Source of the DNA: Amoebophrya sp. A120
Taxonomy: Eukaryota; Protista; Dinoflagellata
Assembly: GCA_905178155.1 (NCBI GenBank)
Contig: CAJINV010000001.1
Coordinates: forward strand, 5,894,750-5,958,749
DNA: 64,000 bases
Direction: 5' to 3'
The notes under the pieces are model-generated. The model ran no database searches. It worked only from the letters and a program-made list of their open reading frames with translations, and was not told the DNA's origin. The position numbers were made by a program, and so were the translations under genes. Positions 13,901 through 24,280 of this stretch are shown here, piece by piece (position 1 is the first letter of the stretch; every line of letters starts with the position of its first letter).

Positions 13901-16900
13901 AGGAGAAGCTCGAAACCGAGCATATGCATTGCAAATACGTCTGGGTCTGGAACGCTGGAGCTTGTCATGCTAAATTCCAATCACGCAAAAATCTGTGTTG
14001 CCTGAGTACCAAAAGTGGCCCACTTTTGACCAAGCTGAGAGGGATTTTCTCATGCAGGGCAGGCATGATAGAGACCTCACAGAATCTGTCATGCTCGGTC
14101 CTGCATTCCAAACCTCATGGGCCATGGAAAACGTGCATGACAAGTCCTGCATTCTTCCAGGCCCAGACATATTTGCAGTTGATAGAGCAAAAGAAAAAGC
14201 AACTAGACGAAGAGATCCGGGAGGCGCAAAAGGAGCAGGCGGACCAAGCGAAGAATGCAGAGGAACAAGAAAAAAAAGTGATCCCGCAGGCCGAGCAGGA
14301 GCTGAAATCTACCGAGCGCTTTCTCGAGGTGCAGGAGGACAAACTGAAAAAATTCGAAAATTCCTTGTCAGGTTGGCTTTTTTTTTGCCTTTGTTGAACG
14401 CAAAAGACTAACAACGTTAAAAAACAAGCCTGCGCAGTGCTAGTGCTATACTAGAAATTTCTTATGGTTATGCGGGTGCAGCTGGTCGTGTATTTCTGGT
14501 GGGCTTTTTACTTGGTTGCCGGTGTTATTTTTCATTTTTCCATATATGTGAGGTGAATCGAGCCGGCTTCGCGAAGAGAAAATGCAGTGGGAGGCAAAGC
14601 AAGCGCCGCTCGCCAACAAGAAGCAGGAGCTATCCTGTGTAAAATATTGGAAGTGTTTGGCTATCGCTATCCTCCTTGTACTGCACACCGCTTCTGCACA
14701 GAGATTTCGCTCTCTTTGAATCATCATACATATAACTTCGTTTTGTCATTGGAAAGGAAGCGGCTGCACAATCAAGGATGAGGAAGGAGGTAGCCATCGC
14801 TATCCTTTCTTGACACACTTGATAAGGGTTGAGGGGTAAGCTGGAGATGCTGGAGTTCGAACGAAGTCAGCTCACAAAGCACGTGCAAGAAGCCCATGCG
14901 CGTTATCCTGTGAAAAATTATCGCATTGGTGAGTACAAGAAACATGATTTGCATTTGCAGGTCAGCAAAGAGAGGACTTACTACTAACTAAGGATTCTTG
15001 ATGTTCTCGAGCTCCTGTCTAAATGTTAGTCAGCATCGATCCCGGGAGATTACAATTCGATTTGCAGTTTTGCTGTGTCATCTTAAAAAAGACGACTTCG
15101 TCTTCACATCTCATGCGATAATTTTTTCGAACGCATAAACTGCTGGATAGGATGAATATGGAGCATGGTCAAGCCATTTATGAAACTGAAAAGTGCTGCA
15201 CCCGTGCCAAGGCAATTCTGCTATTTTGCGAGGAACATTCGAACACAGGAAATGTGATGAAGAAATTTGCGGCTTGCATGGCGCGGGTGGGCTTTGGCTT
15301 TTCCTTTTGATAGTGTCGGGCAGAGAAAGAAACTCCAGGAAGAAATAGATTTCTGTTCGGAGCAAGTATTGGTTGATTTGTCGTCTTTTTCTCCTCGCTT
15401 TCATATACAGTGTTTTGGTTTTCTTACCGCCCTATACGAACTTTGCTGGAGACCCCCCTAAGAGCAGATTTTAGGATTGCGTATTAAAACTGCTCGACAT
15501 TTCAGATACACGTGAAGACACCGCTGGTGCGAGAAGGGCAGAAACGGCTTGATGCTATCCGGCGTTAAACATCCGCATTGGCATCCCCACCTCAGCGTTT
15601 AGACACACACAAGCTTTTAATGCAAAATTTGCGTTTACAGAAACTGAAACAGATACAGATACAGTCCCGTCCGCTTCTTCCCGTCCGTGGCATCGAGGGC
15701 AACGCTGCGTGTGTGTATGTGTGTGTTTTGTAGGGTTTTTTTGCATGTTTGTCGTTGGATTTCCCAGAGCAACAGAATAGGAAAACGCTCCCGATGTTGT
15801 CGTGCAGGTTTATGTCCCGTCTGCTCAGAGGTGGTAGGTGATGGCCTTGTTGTGGCTGTCTTTGCACTACAGGATACAAAAGCTCGCGGAAATCATAAAG
15901 TCGAAGACGCTATGCATCAAGGAAATATGTCTGTGTTAGGATAGGAAGAATGCAACAGACTCGTGGTGCCAGGGCTAGCTCTGGCTAACACGAAGCTTTT
16001 CATTCTTGCATGAGCAGCAAAAGCAAAACCTATCTCCTTCATGCTATTAAGGATTTCTATACGCGGTATAAGACGAGAATAAGAAAGCATTTGTCAAACA
16101 CGTGCTGCTGTGGCTGCGCCTTGCATTGCAAATATCGCTGGGCACGAATAAGCTGCCGATTTTCCAGACCCAGACAGATTTGCAAGGCATAGACACCAAT
16201 TCTGAGCCACCTGAATCGCCAGTACGAAGAAGCGAAATACCAGGTGGAAGCTATCCTGAGTAAAAACGACCGCGCCCCAGAATTGTCGTGCAGATGCAGC
16301 AACATTTACATTCGTAATGCGCACCCCCATCATAGGTATGGGAGGCAAGGGCATTTGCGTTTTTCGCCGTGCTGGGCTGTAAACAGGACAACCGGGCAGA
16401 TGGCTTTGTGATGCGGCTGTCCTTACTAACCTGTAATGATGCGTGAGCGTGACTCCCAAATAGAAATAAAGTTCAGGGCGGAAACGTTTTTACACGGGAT
16501 AGAGGCCCACAGAAACACTACCACACGCATACAAATGTACTGATAATCTGTTTCACTGTGACGAATAATTTTTTCCACAGCTTGCATGCTCATAGTGTGA
16601 AGGCGAATGAAATCCCACTTGCCTCAGAAAAAAATCTGATATGCACCTACCGCAGTACCAATACCTCCTTTATCTTTACATGTTAACTTTGTTATGGTCT
16701 TTCGTTTTACCAAAGAGTTTCGTCGTGCACTCATCTCTTGCAATAGCGTCACAGGAAAACAGTTTTATCTTGGATACACACGAGCAAGCTGATGAAAGGC
16801 CTGTACGAAGTATCCGCTGGAAAAGCGCTAGCATCAAGTACAACAACGCAAAAATGATCAAACCGACATACAGTACGAGAATGCACTTTGAGCAAATGTA

Positions 16901-19900
16901 TAACGTGCCTGCCGCCTACGTGCTCGCCGATGAAAATGTGAAAATTTTCTTTCAGTGTTTTCTCATGTCTTGCAGCTCTATCGTGATTGCAGACGATGTG
17001 CTCATATGCTAGTGACATTCTGCGCGATAAAACGCGCGGCGCAAGGGCGACGTAGACTTCATTGACCGACTGGGCAACCTTGGTACAACAACCTCTAATC
17101 CGTTATACTTTGTTCATGAATATGTGTCTTGTCTTTCTCGTCGTCAGCTCAATAAAAAGGTGCACTGCATAAATTTGCTATGCGGGGCGTATGGTTCTTA
17201 AAATCCCACTATACCTGCACCTTCTTCACCAATTTGATGTATAAAAATCAGGTAAAATTGATGACAAGTACGACGTTGCGATAACCCAGGCGGGCGGCGG
17301 GAAGCATGCTTTTGACCAAATCGTGACCGAAACCGCCTCGCAGGGAACGGCGATAATCAAGTGGCTTAGCGAGAACAACGCGGGTCGCGCGCGAGTCATC
17401 GCCTTGGACCAGGTCAGCAAGGAGGGTTGGGACCGAAACCCGGGCAATTTACCCCGACCGCGGATCTTCGACATGGTTCGAGCCACAGAGGACCGACTCA
17501 GGCCCGCATTCTACTTGCTACTGAAAAACACGCTCGTGGTAGAAACTATGGACGAGGCAACTCAGGTACAACTACTTATTTTGATACGAATTCGATTGAT
17601 AAGTGTTGAAATACGAAAGTATAACGTTGCACGGTAGAATTTCGTAAAACTGAAAGAGCAAAAGAGATGAAAGCGTAATAGTTATTGTTGTAGCGACGCG
17701 GTCCCCTTCGTCATCGTCTGGCTACACCGCTAGCGTTGCAGCTGTGGCAGCGGACGTGCGCAACACTGTGCGAGAAAGATTCAGAGAACATGGATGTGAC
17801 AAGCTAAAATTTTTAGGTGAGCCGGCATAACGGTCGACACCGAGTGGTTACCCTCGATGGGGGGATCGTGGATCCAAGCGGCACGGTCACGGGAGGCGGA
17901 ATGCAGAAAGCGGAGGGAGGCGGGTTGTCGGGACCGGAGGCAAGTGGTACGACACGGACGAATCTAACTCGGAATCCCCTTTTCCTTGCATCTACTTGCC
18001 GAGCTGGTGTGCATTGTCAATTGCTTTTTCCTTTCATAGAGAACTAACTGAAACTGCTCTACTAGCTCTACTACTTAGAGAATGCGCTGTAGTAGTAGAA
18101 AATCACCAATTGTACCCATATGACCTTAGTATTGTGTTATCGTTTATTCATCCGTAGCAACTGCGTCTGCGTGTGGAGAAGACGGATCGCACTTCGCGAC
18201 ATGCTGTCCACCTTTCTTTATTCTGGCTTTTCATGGTGATGGTTGTGCGAGTTTGACAGTCAAGAAGAAAAAGCAACAAGTCGGAGGTGGGATTAAGTAC
18301 GTAGGGATTGGAGTACGTCTTCCACTGCACAACCCGACCGGCATATTCGGAGGCGGAGGTGGAGAAGATGAAAAAGGAACGGGACGAAGCCAGGGAATAT
18401 GTTGCAGGAGTGGAGAAGGAGCTGGTTGAGCTCACGCCCGTCGTGCAGGAGGTTTCTAATGAGCTCGAGCAGAAAACGCGGACGAAAAAACACTATGAGG
18501 CGCGGGTCCCCGACCTTGACAGAAATATCGAGCATTATGCCAACCGGATCGAGGAGGCAAAAACGATGCCCGTGCTCAACCCAGAGCAAGAAAAGGCGGT
18601 CTCGAAGCTGCAGACCGAGGTACTAGGTTCTTGTGTACAACGATTAATTGTCATCGTAGATCGATGTACATGATGTGCTACGTACAAAGCGTAATTTTGA
18701 TTAAGTTCACCGCCTGTTGTAACGGGAACCAGCTTTGATGGTACAGAAGTGAAGGCATGTAGTTCAACCAGCCGATAGCGCGGAGCGCTCGCATCCGCGA
18801 CTGATGCGGAAATAGACACGTTAAAAATTTGCATATCAGGTGTCCAAAGTGACGAGCGAAATCGGGAATGTGGACCTCGAATTAACGGAGGCCACCGACA
18901 AGGTGTCCGAGCTGACGAACGCGATTTTCAACGTGGGCGGGGAGGAGCTGAAGAACCTGCAGAACGAGGTGAACAACGTGAAGAAGAAGGTGGAGCAGCT
19001 CCGCAAGGGCCACATCAAGGCCAAAGGGCAGGTGGAGATCTTCCGCAAGAACGTGCAGGAAGCGGTAAAAAAGGAGGCGGAGTCGCGCAAGAAGCAAGAA
19101 AACGCGGAGCAGGCGCTGGTCGACCTGGAAAAGCTGGTGGAAAAAACCGAGAAGGAGGCCGGTGAGTGCCTGGAGCGCTTCCACTTGCTCATGACGGAAA
19201 CGTATCAAATGTAAAAATGTCTGGGTCTGGAAAAGTGTAGACTTGTCATGCAGATTTCCCATGACCCTTGAGGTCTGGAATGCGGGACTTAGCATGACAG
19301 ACTCTGCGAGGTCTCTGCCATGCCTATCCTGCATGAGAAACTCCCTTCCAACTTGGTCAAAAGTATAGAACAGCTTTTGGCACTCATGCAACACAGATTT
19401 TTGCATGCTTCAGATTTTTGCATGCTTCAGTTGGCCTCGCTGCCGATGCTGTCGGTAGCGGATGTCCGCGTTCCTTTAGAAGTATGGCGGGAAGCGAAGG
19501 TTCAGATTTACCATGACAAGTTGTAATCTTCCAGACCCAGACATTTTTGCAATTCATAGAACACAAGCCGACGAGCACCAGCGCAAGGATCTGGACGCTC
19601 AGCTTGCCAAAATATCACACAGAAAAAAGCTGGCAGGGCATATTGATATTTGTAATGCAAAAATAAACACACAGAAAAATCTGCATTGCATATCCGAAAC
19701 GGCATGCTATGAGGCCGCCCATGCCAGATTTTTCTGTGTATTTATTTTTGCATTACAAATATGCCCTGCCAGCTTTTTTCTGTGGGATACAAAATTGACG
19801 AAGACCAGAACGCGGTCGCAATGGTCTTGCTCGACGTCCAGGACTATCTCATTGAAGGCAAAAGTAGTACTAAATCGCATTCGTATGAACGTTGAAGAAT

Positions 19901-22900
19901 TCAAATTGCAAGAATCTTCTGACGAGACATTTAGACAAAATCTGCGAAGATGTCCTTGCTTCGATTTTTACCTGGACCTGCACGAGATAGTCGATGTTTT
20001 GAAAGCATTTGTGCCAGGAGTGCGAATTCCGTGATAAAAGTACAACTTTTGGGATGCATAGGGAGCAACTAAGCCGGACCAAGGAGAAACTCCAAGCCGC
20101 AACCGCTTCACTGGAGGACACGAATCGGAAATTGGAGCTGTTCCGCAAGGAGTACAAGGACCTTCCCGATGAGGATGAGGAGGAGGACGAGGAGGAAGAA
20201 GACCTAGACGTTATCAGGATGAATATAAGTGCCCCTAGAATGAAGTTGTTGTACCCCAGAAAGGCGACGTGTTTGTATATGCAAAAGTAGTTATTTTTAT
20301 TTTTTCCAGTGGAATCAATCATTTTCATTTTCATTTCCCATCTTGCATAGCACCACAAAGAACAATTCTCCCTGCGAATCTAAGCAAAAACTTGTTTGAT
20401 ATAAAAAGGCCTAGCCGCAGAAATGAAAATAATCGATCCCCAGCTCTGGCATTCGACGTGAGGCACTTGTTCTTTTTACTCTGATAGACGAGGACGGCAT
20501 TTACAGTGCAAAGTTCTACTCGCAGGGCTGGATTCGCAGCAACAAAGAGGAACAAGAGCGAATCGACCGGGAACGAGAGGCTGAGAAGGAAGCGAAGCGC
20601 AAGGCCAAGGAGGATGCGAAACGGAAGAAACAGTGGGAAATTAAGCACGGTCCGATTTTCGATGATTTTCAGGATGTCTGGCTTTCGGTGCACCCCGACG
20701 ACGACGAAGCCCTTCCGGAGGGTGCGGACGTGCCGGAGACGGGTCATCCGAGGCTCAGTTTGGAGGAGGTCATATTGCAATGAAAAATGCCACCACCCCA
20801 TAACCTGGCAGCATTTGCATTGCAAACCTCGCCAATGGAAAAAATTCCTCCTCTTGTATGTTTTAGCATGACAAATTTTTAATGCTGAATAGCTAAAATT
20901 TGTGTTGCGCAAGACCCCAGAACCAGAAGCAGCCGGGTCTGTCGTGCAAAAGACACGTTGCGCACATAGATTCTGCATCAGAAAGGCTCGTAGTCCTTTC
21001 ATCATGCAGGACAAAAAGCTTTCATTTGGCAACTTTGCATGAGAAACTTTTGCAAATGCTGGGGCGGGGGCATTTTTCATTGTAATAGGTCACGCGCTCC
21101 ATTCTCGGAATCCAGTCCAAGATGAAAACGTTGAACCAGCCCAATTTCCAGATTTTTATGCAAGACAAAAACTGTGTAAGTGTAACTCTGTAATGCAGAA
21201 CATGCATCAGAGTTACACCTGTCATGCCAGACAACCATGAAGTCCTCCTTTCACGTGTGTTTTCCCTTAAAAGCCGCGCATGACAGGCTTTCTCTGTCAT
21301 GTAGAGCAAATTTGTGATGCTGTCAACCAAAGAAAGTTACACTAACACAGTTTTTTTCTTGGATAATTTTTGCCGAGTATTCAATTCAAATCCGTTTTTC
21401 GTCCGCCCCCATGACAGACTCAAAAATATTCTGACGGGCACGGGATTTTTTTCTTCTTTTTAGTACGCATGGTTAGATGGCCTTAGTTGTCCTCAAACGC
21501 GATAGCCACAGGCGGTTACGACATTCTCAAATGAAACCACAAATTCAATCGATTTTCCAGATTTTCATACGTTTACTTTACACATGCGAAGGGATGGATC
21601 AACTTTTTCATCTCAAAACATCGACAGGTACAAGACACGGACAGAGGAGCTCCAGGCAAGAAAAGCGGAGTTTCGATTGGCGGACAAGGAACGGACAGAG
21701 ATACGGAGCAAGCTCGAGCAAGAAAAACTAAAGCGGAAACAAGACTTTCTGACGGGCTTCAATGTGATCAGCCTGAAACTGAAGGAGATGTACCAGCTAT
21801 GAAAAAAAGAAAACATGAGCACGTCCATAACTCTGCAGGTTTCATCGCAAGATGGTTTCAGTCCGCATGAGGATTTTTTCTTGCAGACTGAAGACATCGG
21901 GTCTTACACTTACTGCAGATGAAACACCAAGGAATGAAGCGCGTTTGCGCAGCTAGCTTAGCTTGACTCCGATGAACTTCTACGCATGAATATTGAGTTG
22001 CAAAAATGCACGAAAGTGATTGTGCTGATGTTTTTTTCCTGAATACCAGATGATCACTCTCGGGGGCGACGCGGAGCTGGAGCTAGTCGACACCTATGAC
22101 CCCTTCCAGGAGGGCGTCATGTTCTCCGTGCGACCAAAGTTGAAAAGCTGGAAACAAATCACGAATCTTAGCGGTAGTGAATTGCTATTTTTATCTACCT
22201 GTGCAACAGATGAAATTGAAAACGAATATCGTCCAAACGATGATCATGACCTGGGGATCGGTGATATAATTATGCGCAACATTCACATTGAGTTGACATT
22301 CAAATTTCTAAAAATAATTTAGGTGGCGAAAAGACCCTGGCGTCGCTCGCTTTAGTTTTCGCGTTGCACCACTACCGGCCCACTCCGATTTACTTCATGG
22401 ACGAGATCGATGCGGCGCTGGACTTCCGGAACGTGAGCATCATTGCCAACTACATCAAGCAAAACACGAAGAATGCGCAGTTCATCATTATTTCGCTGCG
22501 GAACCACATGTTCGAGCTCGCCGACCAGCTCGTGGGCGTGTGCAAGAAGAACGATCAGTCTATTATCAAATGTAAAAATGTCTGGGTCTGGAAGAATCCG
22601 AAATTTGTTATGCTGCTTTTGCATGACACAGAATGTCTGTCATGGAAGCCCTAGCATCACAGATTTTTAGAGGCCTTCCTGATGCCTATTCCGCATGAAA
22701 AACGCCCTCCACGCGTAGCACAAACCGGACTCCTCTTGCTAGTCATGCAATACAGAATTTTTTAGAGTCCAAAGTTAGCATCACAAGTTCCAACCTTCCA
22801 GACCCAGACATTTTTGCAATCCATATCTATGTCGGTGTCCGTAAACCCCGAGAAGTTCATTGCCGGGAAGAAAAAGAGAGGCGCGCTTGGCTACGAAGAA

Positions 22901-23605
22901 GACAAGAAGGTACAGCATCTGATCAAGCGGTTTCGGGACATCAAAAAAGACCTGAAAGGGCGAGGCAAGGAGCACATCTTGCCGGCAGTTTCCCGCCACG
23001 CCTCCCTATCAAGTGAAAAAATGTCTGGGTCTGGAAGGGTGTAAACTTGTCATGCAGATTTTCCATGACCCGCGAGGTCTGGAATGCGGGACTTAGCATG
23101 ACAGACTCTGCGAGGTCTCTGCCATCCTTATCCTGCATGAGAAACTCCCTTCCAGCTTGGTCGAAAGTGGACAGCTTTTGGCACTCATGCAACACAGATT
23201 TTTGTATGCTTCAGATTTACCATGACAAGTTACCACCTTCCAGACCCAGACATATTTGCAATTCATACTCCCCGCGGGGCAGCAAAAAGCCGACGAAAAC
23301 GAATCCCACAGCCGAGGACGTATCAAATGTAAAAATGTCTGGGTCTGGAAGATTCATGCTGTTCTTGCATGACACAGAAGGTCTGGCATGGAAGCTCTAG
23401 CATCACAGGTTTCGAGAAGCTTCCGCAATGCCGAACCCGCATGAGAAATCCCCCATTATGGCGACAGAATTGAGCAGCTTTTGCTACCGATGCATGAGAG
23501 ATTTTTCTGTGTTCGAAAAAGCGCATCACAAGTTCGGATCGTTCCAGACCCAGACATTTTTACATTTGATAGGACGCGGGAGAGAGCAACGCCAACGAGG
23601 AATAG
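10929..23605 (+). CDS. SMC4: Structural maintenance of chromosomes protein 4 (condensin subunit), about 31 exons
   Basis: ENFKSY, Walker A GPNGSGKSN, HNRFLILQGEVEAISLMKPK, EYLEDIIG, hinge RLGNLGKIDDKYDVAI and RVVTLDG..VDPSGTVTGGG, C-terminal head ITLGGDAELELVD, LSGGEKTLASLALVFALHHYRPTP, Walker B MDEIDAALDFRNVSI; stop at 23603-23605. Confidence 0.95.
12772..13031. mobile_element. Degenerate TIR introner in SMC4
   Basis: TATGAGGGTGCGCAACTGCTC at left, GAGTAGTTGCTTTTGCACTCTGATA at right; flanks AGTGA/GGCGA; frame restored (KPKAV|KEGGEDGFLEY). Confidence 0.7.
13400..13562. mobile_element. TIR introner, family C
   Basis: TATGCATTGCAAAAGTATCGTAC / GTACGATACTTTTGCATTTGATA; direct repeat CAAGA. Confidence 0.92.
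13661..13874. mobile_element. TIR introner, family D
   Basis: TATCGCAAGAAAAAACTGTTTCACTGTG / CACAGTGAAACAGTTTTTTCGTGCGATA; direct repeat CGAGA. Confidence 0.93.
13923..14184. mobile_element. TIR introner, family B (inverted relative to 19203 and 23007)
   Basis: Family B TIR; direct repeat GAGCA. Confidence 0.93.
14631..14824. mobile_element. Degenerate TIR introner in SMC4
   Basis: TATCCTGTGT...ACACACTTGATA; flanks GGAGC/AGGGT; removal plus 5 nt gives KKQE|LRGKLEMLEFE. Confidence 0.65.
14904..15137. mobile_element. Degenerate TIR introner in SMC4
   Basis: TATCCTGTGAAAAATTATCGCA / TGCGATAATTTTTTCGAACGCATA; direct repeat lost; frame restored (AHAR|LDRM). Confidence 0.7.
15157..15508. mobile_element. 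Highly degenerate TIR introner in SMC4
   Basis: TATGGAGCATGGTCAAGC versus GCTCGACATTTCAGATA; this left boundary restores the frame into KTPLVREGQKRLD, whereas the alternative TAT at 15179 gives a stop. Confidence 0.5.
15556..15876. mobile_element. Highly degenerate TIR introner in SMC4
   Basis: TATCC...GGATA termini; removal plus 5 nt gives KRLD[A/E]LAEIIKSKT. Confidence 0.55.
15911..16191. mobile_element. Degenerate TIR introner, family B-like
   Basis: Right end TTCCAGACCCAGACAGATTTGCAAGGCATA; flanks GACGC/GACAC. Confidence 0.8.
16252..16501. mobile_element. TIR introner, family A (diverged)
   Basis: TATCCTGAGTAAAAACG / CGTTTTTACACGGGATA; flanks GAAGC/GAGGC. Confidence 0.88.
16528..16776. 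mobile_element. Degenerate TIR introner, family D/G-like; left boundary uncertain
   Basis: CTGTTTCACTGTGACG near the left end pairs with CGTCACAGGAAAACAG near the right end; ends TTGGATA; left end reads CAT rather than TAT. Confidence 0.6.
16811..17029. mobile_element. Degenerate TIR introner in SMC4
   Basis: TATCCGCTGGAAAAGCGCTAGCAT / ATGCTAGTGACATTCTGCGCGATA; join GLYE|ARRKGDVDFIDRLGNLG restores the hinge motif. Confidence 0.75.
19203..19558. mobile_element. TIR introner, family B, with an internal insertion
   Basis: Family B TIR; flanks AAACG/GAACA; about 95 bp longer than the sister copy at 23007. Confidence 0.93.
19613..19789. mobile_element. TIR introner, family E (almost wholly palindromic)
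   Basis: TATCACACAGAAAAAAGCTGGCAGGGCATATT...; arms about 70 bp; direct repeat CAAAA. Confidence 0.95.
19845..20060. mobile_element. Degenerate TIR introner, family C-like
   Basis: TATCTC...CAAAAGTAGTACT / AGTACAACTTTTGGGATGCATA; flanks AGGAC/GGGAG; frame restored. Confidence 0.7.
20212..20486. mobile_element. Degenerate TIR introner in SMC4
   Basis: TATCAGGATGAATATAAGTGCC / GGCACTTGTTCTTTTTACTCTGATA; flanks GACGT/GACGA. Confidence 0.8.
20773..21087. mobile_element. TIR introner, family F
   Basis: TATTGCAATGAAAAATGCC / GGCATTTTTCATTGTAATA; direct repeat GGTCA. Confidence 0.93.
21157..21365. mobile_element. TIR introner, family G
   Basis: TATGCAAGACAAAAACTGTGTAAGTGTAACT; direct repeat ATTTT; collinear with the copy at 52768. 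Confidence 0.93.
21798..22045. mobile_element. Degenerate TIR introner in the SMC4 head domain
   Basis: TATGAAAAAAAGAAAACATGAGCAC / GTGCTGATGTTTTTTTCCTGAATA; flanks CCAGC/CCAGA; join KEMYQ|MITLGG. Confidence 0.8.
22564..22825. mobile_element. TIR introner, family B
   Basis: Family B TIR; direct repeat TCTAT. Confidence 0.95.
23007..23267. mobile_element. TIR introner, family B
   Basis: Family B TIR; direct repeat CTCCC. Confidence 0.95.
23321..23571. mobile_element. TIR introner, family B
   Basis: Family B TIR; direct repeat GGACG. Confidence 0.95.
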
Positions 23606-24280
23606 CGAGACGAACACGTTACACGTTCCGACAGAGACGCTGCAGCTCCCGATTAGTCTGGGTCTGATCCTAGAAGGAAAAGGACGCTATAGGGTTTTGT
23701 ATAGGAACACAGACAGGATAGATTGATATATCAACGGTCACTAGATTTCCATATTCTTTCAAACAAGGAGATGAAGACACAGTCAATGAGTAAAACTAAA
23801 ATGAGTATGGAAGCTTTTACGCGGATTTACTTTCAAAACAGGTTAAACTTAAAACAGCGAAAGAAATCAATGCTGGAAAACAAACAGCACTTCCGTTTGT
23901 CGTTTTTTTTTCGGTCTTCCGAAACAAAACAGGATTCGAGAGAGCTACAGGCTCCCGTTGATATCATTCCCGCTAATCAACGGAAAAAGTGGCGTTGCTG
24001 CTTGACTATTGTTGCAAGTTGTTGTGCCTATGACGTGCTTGACCTTTGCGAAAGCAAGCATGTTGACGTGCACTTGTTCGTTCTCTCTTTTTTGTTTTTC
24101 ATACGTATTTTTCTGGCGGTGAGAAAGAATTCAGATAAAAATCGCAATTTTCGTGTTTTTCCTGCTTCGTAGCAGTCTGCACTGCCATAGCCATTGCCAT
24201 ACCTAATCGAATATGACGAAACCGCAACTCGTTTTTTTGAGAGATCACGTCGTTGCGTTGCATGGTCTGGTTGCTACCGC

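Noticed and set aside
22564-23571. Closely spaced repeats separated by short unique segments, superficially like a CRISPR array or integron cassettes
   Set aside because: The repeats are 250-260 bp inverted-repeat elements, the 'spacers' are in-frame SMC4 exons, the DNA is eukaryotic, and no cas or integrase gene is present.
10929-23605. SMC4 as a transposon-disrupted pseudogene
   Set aside because: All ATPase and hinge motifs are intact and the frame can be restored at every insertion, including those with decayed ends, which implies ongoing selection.
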